Origin: an uncultured Flavobacteriaceae bacterium
GTDB lineage: Bacteria > Bacteroidota > Bacteroidia > Flavobacteriales > Flavobacteriaceae
NCBI GenBank assembly: GCA_913048215.1
Contig: CAJWXC010000001.1
Coordinates: 22,747-86,746, forward strand
Reading direction: 5' to 3'
DNA length: 64,000 bases
The notes under the pieces are model-generated. The model was given only the letters and a program-made list of their open reading frames with translations. It was not told where the DNA came from and searched no databases. The position numbers and the translations under genes are program-made. Positions 38,941-47,439 of this stretch are shown here, piece by piece. The first letter of the stretch is position 1. Each line of letters begins with the position of its first letter.

Positions 38941-39879
38941 ATGGAAAAAAGAATTTTAATCATTGGGGCTTCTGGACAAATTGGTAACGAACTTACCATG
39001 TATCTAAGAAACATGTATTCAAACAAAAATGTGATTGCCAGTGATTTACGAGAGGCCAGTAGCCTGGTTATGGAAAGTGGCCCTTTCGAAATTCTTGACG
39101 CCATGGACGCCAAGGCCATAGAAAAAACGGTGTTAAAACATAACATTACAGATGTTTATTTAATGGCAGCCATGTTAAGTGCTACGGCAGAGAAATATCC
39201 AATCAAAGGGTGGGAGTTAAACATGAGCTCCTTGTTTAATGTTTTAAACCTAGCCAAAGACAAAAAAATAGAAAAAGTTTTTTGGCCCTCTAGTATTGCT
39301 GTTTTTGGCCCCACTACTCCCAAAACAAACACCCCACAAGGCACCATAATGGAGCCTACAACAGTCTACGGAATTAGCAAACAAACTGGAGAGCGTTGGT
39401 GTGAGTATTACCACAAACGCTATGGAGTTGATGTGCGGAGTATTCGCTACCCTGGGCTTATCAGCTATAAAACACCTCCCGGGGGAGGCACCACAGATTA
39501 TGCCATTGAAATCTTCCATAAAGCCTTAAAAGAGAAGAAATACACCTGTTTTTTAAATGCACAAACCACCTTGCCAATGATGTTTATGGATGATGCAATT
39601 CATGCCACAGTAAATATCATGCTTGCTCCATCCCATAAAATAAAAATAAGAAACGCCTATAATCTAGCAGCATTGAGCTTTAATCCTCAAGAGCTTGCCG
39701 CTAACATACAAAAACACATTCCAGATTTTACCATAGAGTACAAGCCAGATTTTAGACAAGCAATTGCAGATTCTTGGCCAGCAAGTATTGATGACGCTAC
39801 GGCAAGAGAAGATTGGGGATGGGAGCACCGTATAGATCTTGATATGATGACCAAAATCATGATTGATAATTTAAAATAA
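38941..39879 (+). CDS. L-threonine 3-dehydrogenase (NAD-dependent epimerase/SDR type)
   Basis: GASGQIG, AAMLSA, PSSIAVFG, YGISK, GGGTTDYA, RQAIADSWP. Confidence 0.88.
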   Translation: MEKRILIIGASGQIGNELTMYLRNMYSNKNVIASDLREASSLVMESGPFEILDAMDAKAIEKTVLKHNITDVYLMAAMLSATAEKYPIKGWELNMSSLFNVLNLAKDKKIEKVFWPSSIAVFGPTTPKTNTPQGTIMEPTTVYGISKQTGERWCEYYHKRYGVDVRSIRYPGLISYKTPPGGGTTDYAIEIFHKALKEKKYTCFLNAQTTLPMMFMDDAIHATVNIMLAPSHKIKIRNAYNLAALSFNPQELAANIQKHIPDFTIEYKPDFRQAIADSWPASIDDATAREDWGWEHRIDLDMMTKIMIDNLK

Positions 39880-39924
39880 AACACTTTAATAAGGTGCTGT
39901 TTATTTCAAAAAAGTACCGCGCAT

Positions 39925-39957
39925 AAAAAAAGGCAAACGAGATGTTTACCTTTTTTT
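39925..39957. terminator. Bidirectional intrinsic terminator (candidate sRNA on minus; threonine dehydrogenase on plus)
   Basis: A7-GGCAAAC-gagat-GTTTACC-T7. The stem has a C-A mismatch on plus but a U-G wobble on minus. Confidence 0.8.
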
Positions 39958-40001
39958 GCCCCAAATTTTACCATGAACTTAACCTACTTATGTTATGGTA
40001 T
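39925..40001 (-). ncRNA. Candidate trans-acting small RNA (~77 nt)
   Basis: TACATTTG promoter box (minus strand, 40013-40006), then a 5' hairpin (40000-39969), a single-stranded AAAUUUGGGGC linker and an intrinsic terminator. No complete ORF lies inside. Confidence 0.6.
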
Positions 40002-40005
40002 AGAT

Positions 40006-40013
40006 CAAATGTA
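40006..40013 (-). promoter_or_regulatory. -7 promoter box for the candidate sRNA
   Basis: Minus-strand TACATTTG is an exact TAnnTTTG match, 5 nt before the 5' hairpin. Confidence 0.6.
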
Positions 40014-40116
40014 TAATTATTTTCATACTAAAAAGAATTTTCTGTAGGTTTTGGACAAAGTGAAAATAAACCCGACAAACGACTCATAAATTACAGAATT
40101 AGCAACTCATTGGTAA

Positions 40117-42015
40117 TTAATATGCTCTTTCTGAATTTCCTTCATAGAAATTAACGTAGGCTTTATTAACTACTCTATTGCCTCCACTGGTAGGATAATC
40201 TCCTGTAAAATACCAATCTCCTAAATTTTTAGGGCATGCCTTATGCAAATCATCTACAGACTGAAATATCAATTTCACTTTTGTAGAAATACCCTCTTCT
40301 GTAATAATTTGGGCAATCTTGTCAGATATTTGCTCGTCTGTAAAAGGAGCGTATAAGTCTTTAACGTGATTTACTACCTCAGCATCCTCTATTTCAAGTT
40401 GCTGTTTGCACTTATGGTAAATCTCTTCTATAATTGCATCTGTACCCTTATCCTTATGTAACTCAATAGCGGCGTTAAAAGCAACAAGTTTCTCTAATCT
40501 GGCCATATCAATTCCATAACAATCTGGATATCGTATTTGAGGAGCAGAAGATACAACCACAATTTGTTTTGGTTTAAGGCGGTCTAACATGCGCAAAATA
40601 CTCTTCTTTAAGGTTGTACCCCTTACAATACTATCATCTATTATCACCAAATTGTCTGTGGGTTTTACAACACCATAGGTCACATCATATACGTGAGCCA
40701 CCAAATCATCTCTACTGCTATCATCAGTAATAAAAGTACGCAGTTTAACATCTTTAATAGCTATTTTCTCGGTACGTATTTTGTGTGCCTGTATCTCACC
40801 TAGACGCTCTGGTGTAAGATTTTTTGCCTCTTTTAAAATAGCTGCATTTTTTTGTTTGTTGAGTTCATTTTGTGCCGCGTCTAACATTCCATAAAAAGAA
40901 GTCTCTGCTGTGTTTGGAATGAAAGAAAAAACACTGTTCTCCGTATCATGACTAATGGCAGATAATACCTTGGGCATTATTAATCTTCCCAACTCTTTTC
41001 GTTCTTGATATATTTCAGCATCACTACCCCTTGAAAAATAAATGCGTTCAAAAGAACAACTCTTTCTAACCAGGGGTGTTACTATTTCTGAAATACTTGT
41101 GGTACCATCCTTCTTTAGAATCAAGGCATTACCGGGGTCAATCTCTTTAACAGCATCAAAGGCAACATTAAAAACTGTTTGTATCACTGGTCTTTCACTT
41201 GCCACTACCACCACCTCATCATCTTTATAGTAATATGCTGGACGAATTCCAGCAGGATCTCTCAGTACAAATGCATCTCCATGCCCTAAAAGTCCCGCCA
41301 TTGCATAACCACCATCCCAGTTTTTTGAAGACTTTTTTAGAATTTTTGCGAGGTTTAAATTCTCAACAATATGACCAGATGCCATCATTTTTGTGAGGCC
41401 TTTCTTTTTTGCTTTTTTGTATAGTTTGGCAACTTCTTGGTCTAAAAAATGACCAATATTTTCTAAAATAGTAATGGTGTCTGCCTTTTCTTTTGGGTGC
41501 ATCCCAAGGTCTATGAGGTTTTGAAACAGCTCTGTGGTATTGGTCATGTTAAAATTTCCAGCAATAATAAGATTGCGATGCATCCAATTATTTTGTCTTA
41601 AAAAAGGATGTACCGTCTCTACACTATTGCCGCCAAAAGTTCCATAACGGACATGGCCCAACATCAGCTCCCCTATGTAAGGAATCTCTTTTTTTTGTGC
41701 TGCAACATCATCTTTTATGCTAGGGTTTCTCTCAAACTCTGCGTTAATGCGGTTGTTTATCTGCCCAAAAATATCCTGTATGGGTTGAGATTTGTTAGAC
41801 CTAACTCTACTAATGTATCGCTCTCCAGCAGTTGGGTCTAATTTAATACTTGCAAATCCAGCACCGTCTTGACCACGGTTGTGCTGTTTTTCCATCATTA
41901 AATACATTTTATTCACTCCGTAAAAAGCGGTGCCGTATTTCTTTTTATAAAAGGCCAAGGGTTTTAAAAGTCTAACCATGGCAATACCACATTCATGTTT
42001 TAAAGCGTCGCTCAT
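40117..42015 (-). CDS. purF: Amidophosphoribosyltransferase
   Basis: HECG Ntn nucleophile, HNRGQDGAG, GHVRYGT, CSFERIYFSR, DDSIVRGTT, YGIDM. Start moved to MSDALKHEC. Confidence 0.94.
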   Translation of the reverse strand: MSDALKHECGIAMVRLLKPLAFYKKKYGTAFYGVNKMYLMMEKQHNRGQDGAGFASIKLDPTAGERYISRVRSNKSQPIQDIFGQINNRINAEFERNPSIKDDVAAQKKEIPYIGELMLGHVRYGTFGGNSVETVHPFLRQNNWMHRNLIIAGNFNMTNTTELFQNLIDLGMHPKEKADTITILENIGHFLDQEVAKLYKKAKKKGLTKMMASGHIVENLNLAKILKKSSKNWDGGYAMAGLLGHGDAFVLRDPAGIRPAYYYKDDEVVVVASERPVIQTVFNVAFDAVKEIDPGNALILKKDGTTSISEIVTPLVRKSCSFERIYFSRGSDAEIYQERKELGRLIMPKVLSAISHDTENSVFSFIPNTAETSFYGMLDAAQNELNKQKNAAILKEAKNLTPERLGEIQAHKIRTEKIAIKDVKLRTFITDDSSRDDLVAHVYDVTYGVVKPTDNLVIIDDSIVRGTTLKKSILRMLDRLKPKQIVVVSSAPQIRYPDCYGIDMARLEKLVAFNAAIELHKDKGTDAIIEEIYHKCKQQLEIEDAEVVNHVKDLYAPFTDEQISDKIAQIITEEGISTKVKLIFQSVDDLHKACPKNLGDWYFTGDYPTSGGNRVVNKAYVNFYEGNSERAY

Positions 42016-42070
42016 ATTGGTGTCCCCCACTGATGGGAATTGTATTACTGATTAATAATTGTATATATAT

Positions 42071-42094
42071 AAAACGTCCCAAAAAATTGGGACG
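42071..42094 (-). terminator. Possible intrinsic terminator after the PfkB kinase
   Basis: CGTCCCAA-N4-TTGGGACG stem followed by TTTT on the minus strand. Confidence 0.6.
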
Positions 42095-42099
42095 CGATG

Positions 42100-43023
42100 T
42101 TATGATAATTCTAAATCGTATTGTGTTAAACTCTTAAATTGCTGTAAGCGGGAGTCTATTTCTTTTTTGGTTAGATGCTCCATGCGCTGTGTGCCAAATT
42201 TTTCTACACAAAAAGAGGCCAAACAAGAACCGTAAATAATAGCTCTTTTCATACTCTCAAAACTGTAATCCCCAGTTTTTGCTAAATATCCCGTAAATCC
42301 ACCTGCAAAGGTATCTCCTGCGCCAGTTGGGTCAAACACCTCGGCCAGTGGCATGGCTGGGGCAAAAAACATCTCCTCTTTATAAAAAATTAAGGCGCCG
42401 TGTTCCCCTTTTTTAATCACCACATATTTGGGACCCATCTCCATGATTATTTTTGATGCATTTACCAAAGAGTAGGCTCCAGACAATTGTCTTGCCTCTT
42501 CATCATTAATGGTGATAACATCAACCTTTGAAATTACTTTTTTAAGATCCTCTAAGGCTATATCCATCCAAAAATTCATGGTGTCTAAAACAACCATTTT
42601 TGGATCTTGCATTTGCTCTATAACACTCATCTGCACCATTGGGTGCAGGTTTCCCAACATAACGACCTCTGCATCTTTGTAGGCCTGAGGCACCACTGGA
42701 GTAAAGGTCTCTAAAACATTAAGCTCTGTTACAAGTGTGTCTCTAGAATTCATGTCATTGTGGTACTTCCCGCTCCAAAAAAATGTTTTACCATCCGCTA
42801 CAATTTCAAGCCCTTGAGTACTAATGCCTTTGCGCTGTAACATCTGGATATCTGACTGCAGAAAATCTCCACCCACTACAGACACAATAGCTGGATCTAT
42901 ATCAAATTGTGCGCTAGAGAGCCCAATATAGGTTGCGGCACCTCCTAAAATTTTGTCGGTTTTTCCAAAGGGAGTTTCAATAGCATCAAAAGCCACGGTT
43001 CCTACAATAACTAGTTTACTCAT
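42100..43023 (-). CDS. PfkB family carbohydrate/nucleoside kinase
   Basis: LGGAATY, INDEEA, KKGEHGA, DPTGAGDTFAGG. Confidence 0.93.
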   Translation of the reverse strand: MSKLVIVGTVAFDAIETPFGKTDKILGGAATYIGLSSAQFDIDPAIVSVVGGDFLQSDIQMLQRKGISTQGLEIVADGKTFFWSGKYHNDMNSRDTLVTELNVLETFTPVVPQAYKDAEVVMLGNLHPMVQMSVIEQMQDPKMVVLDTMNFWMDIALEDLKKVISKVDVITINDEEARQLSGAYSLVNASKIIMEMGPKYVVIKKGEHGALIFYKEEMFFAPAMPLAEVFDPTGAGDTFAGGFTGYLAKTGDYSFESMKRAIIYGSCLASFCVEKFGTQRMEHLTKKEIDSRLQQFKSLTQYDLELS

Positions 43024-43160
43024 ACAATTATTTCCAATAATTAAGGTGTAAATTTAATCAATTAAATGAGAAAAAAGAAGTTTTATTAAACAGTCTAGCA
43101 CATAAATTAAATCCTATAATTTTAAGCAGGAAAACCCAAAAATACATAGCTGCTATTTTC

Positions 43161-43802
43161 TTATTTTCTGCCAAAATCTGCAGGAATTTCTCCCCAAGCT
43201 TTGGTCTCCCATTTAACAATAAAGGTGGTGTAAGAATTATTTTTCAGCCAAAGTTCAGCCCTTGATATAAGCTCAAAGATGACTTGGTTGTTTTTGGTTT
43301 TTTTTAATTTGGTGTTGCATTTCTTTTTCTTTACCCAAGCAATTGCAATTCTAGAGTCTGAATAAATAATCCGATCACTCTTTTGTTTTTTTAGAAATGC
43401 CAGGCCATGAACCAATGCCAAAAATTCTCCAACGTTATTGGTTGCATGATCAAACGGCCCTTGTAAAAACAATTGCTCAAGGGTTTGGGTGTCTACCCCT
43501 CGGTATTCCATGAGTCCGGGGTTTCCGCTACAGGCAGCATCTACTGCAATAGAGTATAAATTTGGATGGCCATACTCAGCCTTTTGCGAGGTAGTAAGCC
43601 CTTTACTTTTCCCTGTTTTTTTTCCCTTATAGTCTTGATAGCTTTTGCTGTATGCTATTTTAGCTGCAGGTAAAGAATCAAAGCTCATGTACTGAGCGCC
43701 GGAGACCCCTTTTATAGCCTCTTGGCATTGCTTCCAGGTGGCGTATATCCCTGCAGGGTTTCCAAACCAAACAACATAGTGTTTTTGTTTTTTTTGTGCC
43801 AT
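43161..43802 (-). CDS. Ribonuclease H1 with N-terminal viroplasmin/hybrid-binding domain
   Basis: YVVWFG..GIY.TW N-domain; catalytic VDAAC, NNVGEF, YSDS, IPADFGRK. Confidence 0.92.
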   Translation of the reverse strand: MAQKKQKHYVVWFGNPAGIYATWKQCQEAIKGVSGAQYMSFDSLPAAKIAYSKSYQDYKGKKTGKSKGLTTSQKAEYGHPNLYSIAVDAACSGNPGLMEYRGVDTQTLEQLFLQGPFDHATNNVGEFLALVHGLAFLKKQKSDRIIYSDSRIAIAWVKKKKCNTKLKKTKNNQVIFELISRAELWLKNNSYTTFIVKWETKAWGEIPADFGRK

Positions 43803-43807
43803 ATAAT

Positions 43808-44389
43808 TTAGTGTAATTGGGGTTTTAATAAAATCTCCTCAATTACCTTTGGCAGGTATTGATGTTCTAGAAGCTGCACCTTTGCGGCAACATCTTTAGG
43901 GGTGTCTTGCGGTGCTATTGTGGTTTTTTTCTGAAATATAATTTCCCCCTTGTCATATTGATTGTTTACATAATGTATGGTAATGCCACTGTGGGTCTCT
44001 TTATTTTCAACAACCGCCCTATGTACATGATGGCCGTACATTCCTTTACCTCCAAATTTTGGTAATAAGGCTGGATGGATATTGACCACCTTGTTGGGGT
44101 AGGCATCTATAATAATCTCGGGGAATTTTAATAAAAACCCCGCCAATACTAGAAGATCTGGTTTGCGTTTGTTTATTAAACAAAGAAGGCCTTTTGGAGC
44201 TAGCATTTCATCTTTTGTAAAAGACAGTGCTTCTATGTTTAGATCTAAGGAGCGATCAATCACCTTGGCATTTTTATTATTTGACAGCACACAAACGACC
44301 TGGGCATGTGTAGAGTTTTGAAAATATTTTATAATATTTTGTGTGTTTGTGCCATTGCCTGAAGCAAATATTACAATGCGCTTCTTCAT
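43808..44389 (-). CDS. purN: Phosphoribosylglycinamide formyltransferase
   Basis: FASGNGTN, LAGFL, NIHPALLP, SGITIH, YDKG, EH. Start moved to MKKRIVIF. Confidence 0.94.
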   Translation of the reverse strand: MKKRIVIFASGNGTNTQNIIKYFQNSTHAQVVCVLSNNKNAKVIDRSLDLNIEALSFTKDEMLAPKGLLCLINKRKPDLLVLAGFLLKFPEIIIDAYPNKVVNIHPALLPKFGGKGMYGHHVHRAVVENKETHSGITIHYVNNQYDKGEIIFQKKTTIAPQDTPKDVAAKVQLLEHQYLPKVIEEILLKPQLH

Positions 44390-44565
44390 AGGTTTTAATT
44401 GGGTACTTGCAGGAGTTGTCATTAATATATAACACAAAAGTAAGGCAATCCAGATACACTTCTATTAAAAATCTTAAATTTGGTTATAGATTTTTTTTTT
44501 AAAGTAGTGTTTTAAGTTAAAATATTTTATTTTTACCGCTTAATTAAAATTTAAAAACAAAGATT

Positions 44566-44799
44566 ATGTCAGACATTGCATCAAGAGTAAAAGCTATCAT
44601 CGTAGACAAATTAGGTGTTGACGAGAATGAGGTTGTAAACCAAGCAAGCTTCACTAACGACCTAGGAGCAGATTCGCTAGATACCGTTGAGCTTATTATG
44701 GAATTTGAGAAAGAATTTGATATCCAAATTCCAGATGATCAAGCTGAAAATATTGCTACAGTTGGTCAAGCAGTTTCATATATTGAAGAGAACAAATAA
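44566..44799 (+). CDS. acpP: Acyl carrier protein
   Basis: [14 protein letters not shown] phosphopantetheine site. Confidence 0.97.
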   Translation: MSDIASRVKAIIVDKLGVDENEVVNQASFTNDLGADSLDTVELIMEFEKEFDIQIPDDQAENIATVGQAVSYIEENK

Positions 44800-44811
44800 G
44801 AAAAATTCTTT

Positions 44812-46065
44812 ATGGAATTAAAGCGAGTTGTAGTAACAGGCCTTGGCGCACTTACACCCATTGGAAACAACATCCAAGAATATTGGGATGGTTTGAAAAG
44901 TGGTAAAAGTGGCTGCGCACCTATTACTTATTTTGATACTGAAAAGTTCAAAACAAAATTCGCTTGTGAGGTCAAGAATTATGACCCGTTACAACATTTT
45001 AATCGCAAAGAGGCTAGAAAACTAGACCGATTTGCTCAATACGCACTAATCTCTAGTGACCAGGCCATACAAGACGCAGCCCTAGACATGGATGCCATCG
45101 ATAAATTTCGAGTTGGTGTTATTTGGGGAGCAGGTATAGGCGGTATTGAAACATTTCAAAATGAAGTGATAAATTTCTCACAAGGGGATGGAACGCCACG
45201 TTTCAACCCCTTTTTTATTCCAAAAATGATTGCAGATATTGCCCCCGGTAATATTTCAATCAAACATGGTTTTATGGGGCCAAACTACACTACGGTCTCT
45301 GCTTGTGCATCTTCTGCAAATGCTATGATTGATGCTCTAAACTATATACGTTTAGGACATTGCGATATTATTGTAACAGGTGGAAGTGAAGCAGCAGTAA
45401 CCATGGCTGGTTTGGGTGGCTTTAATGCCATGCACGCCCTTTCTACAAGAAACGAATCTCCACAATCTGCATCAAGACCTTTTGACGGCTCTCGAGATGG
45501 ATTTGTATTAGGAGAAGGTGCTGGTGCATTGGTATTAGAAGACTATGAACACGCCAAAGCACGTGGTGCAAAAATATACGCTGAGGTTATTGGAGGCGGA
45601 ATGTCTAGTGATGCATATCACATGACTGCCCCTCACCCAGAAGGCATTGGTGTTGAGCGAGTAATGCTCAATTGTTTAAAAGATGCAGGCATAGAGGCCG
45701 GTGAGGTCGATGCAATAAACACACATGGTACCTCAACACCTCTTGGAGATGTTGCAGAACTAAAAGCAATTAGCAAAGTATTTGGAGCACATGCCAATAA
45801 AATAAATATCAACTCTACAAAATCTATGACGGGCCACCTACTGGGCGCCGCTGGTGCCATAGAAGCTATCGCTTCTATTTTATCCATGCAGCACAATTTA
45901 GTGCCGCCTACTATTAACCACGCCGAGGTTGATCCAAACATAGATCCTTCTTTAAATTTAACTCTTAATAAAGCACAATCTCGAGAGGTGCATATCGCCA
46001 TGAGCAATACATTTGGTTTTGGTGGCCACAATGCTTGTGTACTATTTAGAAAATTAGAGGCCTAA
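44812..46065 (+). CDS. fabF: 3-oxoacyl-ACP synthase II
   Basis: RVVVTGLG, SACAS, HGTST, KSMTGHLLGAAG, FGFGGHN. Confidence 0.96.
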   Translation: MELKRVVVTGLGALTPIGNNIQEYWDGLKSGKSGCAPITYFDTEKFKTKFACEVKNYDPLQHFNRKEARKLDRFAQYALISSDQAIQDAALDMDAIDKFRVGVIWGAGIGGIETFQNEVINFSQGDGTPRFNPFFIPKMIADIAPGNISIKHGFMGPNYTTVSACASSANAMIDALNYIRLGHCDIIVTGGSEAAVTMAGLGGFNAMHALSTRNESPQSASRPFDGSRDGFVLGEGAGALVLEDYEHAKARGAKIYAEVIGGGMSSDAYHMTAPHPEGIGVERVMLNCLKDAGIEAGEVDAINTHGTSTPLGDVAELKAISKVFGAHANKININSTKSMTGHLLGAAGAIEAIASILSMQHNLVPPTINHAEVDPNIDPSLNLTLNKAQSREVHIAMSNTFGFGGHNACVLFRKLEA

Positions 46066-46067
46066 AA

Positions 46068-46817
46068 ATGGGACCTTTAAAAAACATATTTAATCCCCGT
46101 GCCCCAAAGGACGGGGATTTTTTTATTGCAATAAAACAACTGTTAGGATTTAAGCCCAAGAATATTGATATCTACCAAGAGGCCTTCACTCACCGCTCTA
46201 CAAACACCACCTCTACTCAAGGGCATGCCCAAAACTATGAGCGTATGGAGTTTCTTGGAGATGCTATGCTAAGTGCTATTATAGCTGCCCACCTTTACAA
46301 TGAGGTGCCTGGGGGTAACGAAGGTTACCTAACCAAAATGAGAAGCAAGGTAGTGAGCAGAGAGCACCTTAATGAATTGGGGAGAGATCTAGAACTAACA
46401 AAGCACGTAAAAACTACCGTACCTATAGAGCAGTTTGGTGTTAATATTCATGGCAATGTGTTTGAAGCTTTAGTAGGGGCTATATATTTGGACAGGGGCT
46501 ATAAATATTGCAAAAAATTTATCAACAAACGTGTAATAGAACCCTATGTTGATATTGAAAAACTAGAAGGAAAAGTAATAAGCTACAAGAGTCTTTTTAT
46601 TGAATGGTGCCAAAAGAACAAACATCAGTTTAAATTCTCAATCTATGAGGACACAGGAAACGACTCCCTTAAACATTTTGGAGTAAAACTTACCTTAGAT
46701 GGTGCCATTGTTGGAAAGGCAAGAGCTACCTCAAAAAAGAAAGGGGAAGAACAAGCGGCCAAAAGAGCGTACTATAAATTACAACAAGAGATTGACGGCT
46801 TCAGTAAAAAAAACTAA
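46068..46817 (+). CDS. rnc: Ribonuclease III
   Basis: AFTHRS, NYERMEFLGDA, FEALVGAIYLD, C-terminal dsRBD. Confidence 0.95.
   Translation: MGPLKNIFNPRAPKDGDFFIAIKQLLGFKPKNIDIYQEAFTHRSTNTTSTQGHAQNYERMEFLGDAMLSAIIAAHLYNEVPGGNEGYLTKMRSKVVSREHLNELGRDLELTKHVKTTVPIEQFGVNIHGNVFEALVGAIYLDRGYKYCKKFINKRVIEPYVDIEKLEGKVISYKSLFIEWCQKNKHQFKFSIYEDTGNDSLKHFGVKLTLDGAIVGKARATSKKKGEEQAAKRAYYKLQQEIDGFSKKN
46092..46124 (+). terminator. Terminator-like hairpin inside the 5' end of rnc
   Basis: AATCCCCGT-[GCCCCAAAGG]-ACGGGGATT, running into a T7 tract (46118-46124). Confidence 0.65.
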
Positions 46818-46947
46818 GCTATTGCTGGTAGCTCTTTCAATATACCGCTACATTACTACAACATATTGAACTTTTGCCTAGAATTTTTAGTGTCTTTTTA
46901 TATTTCTACTAAAAGTATCTCTACTTTTACCTTTTACAATTAAAATT

Positions 46948-47439
46948 ATGGGAACCCACAAATTAGTGCTAGATGATGATTTTGCGGAAGATTTCTCTCT
47001 TATCGCTATACACTGTAGTGAAGAACCCTACAAAGTTGCCTATATTCTGAACCAATTTGCGCGATTAAAACTGCGCCGTGAAAAAGTAGATTTATCCTAC
47101 ACTTCCAAAACAATGGAAATGACATTCCCGCTTTTTGGATATGAAAATCACACAGAATATACCGACTTTAGCCTTGTTGCAAACAAATGTAAATCTGCGG
47201 TTACTAAAACAAATAATAGCGGAGAGCTCTTTGTGAATACCAAAGAGAAGGAAACGATAATTACATATCTTATCCCAGAACTAAAAAAAGTAGATTACTT
47301 TCTAAAAATCCAAAGTGATTTTGACAACCCAGGAACTAAAATGTTGATCAACCAAATCAACGATATAAAACAAATAATTTCTGCCTACCAAGTAGCACCA
47401 GAAACCCTTAAATCTAAGGACAACTTAATATTTGACTAA
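46948..47439 (+). CDS. IPExxxVDY family protein
   Basis: LIPELKKVDYF motif; located between rnc and pyk. Confidence 0.88.
   Translation: MGTHKLVLDDDFAEDFSLIAIHCSEEPYKVAYILNQFARLKLRREKVDLSYTSKTMEMTFPLFGYENHTEYTDFSLVANKCKSAVTKTNNSGELFVNTKEKETIITYLIPELKKVDYFLKIQSDFDNPGTKMLINQINDIKQIISAYQVAPETLKSKDNLIFD

Noticed and set aside
39906-39974. 22-aa minus-strand ORF MVKFGAKKGKHLVCLFLCAVLF (basic then hydrophobic, type I toxin-like) starting in the candidate sRNA
   Set aside because: It runs through the intrinsic terminator, so the terminated RNA would lack its stop codon, and the hydrophobicity derives largely from the terminator U tract. Not excluded without Ribo-seq.
39973-40047. 24-aa plus-strand ORF MNLTYLCYGIDQMYNYFHTKKNFL
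   Set aside because: It lies directly downstream of a terminator with no evident promoter, is antisense to the better-supported sRNA, and has no recognisable features.
43161-43802. Viroplasmin domain suggesting viral origin
   Set aside because: This is the ordinary hybrid-binding domain of Bacteroidota RNase H1, in a housekeeping context.
46836-46870. Inverted repeat TTCAATAT-N19-ATATTGAA after rnc
   Set aside because: AT-rich 8-bp arms with a long spacer are weak and plausible by chance.
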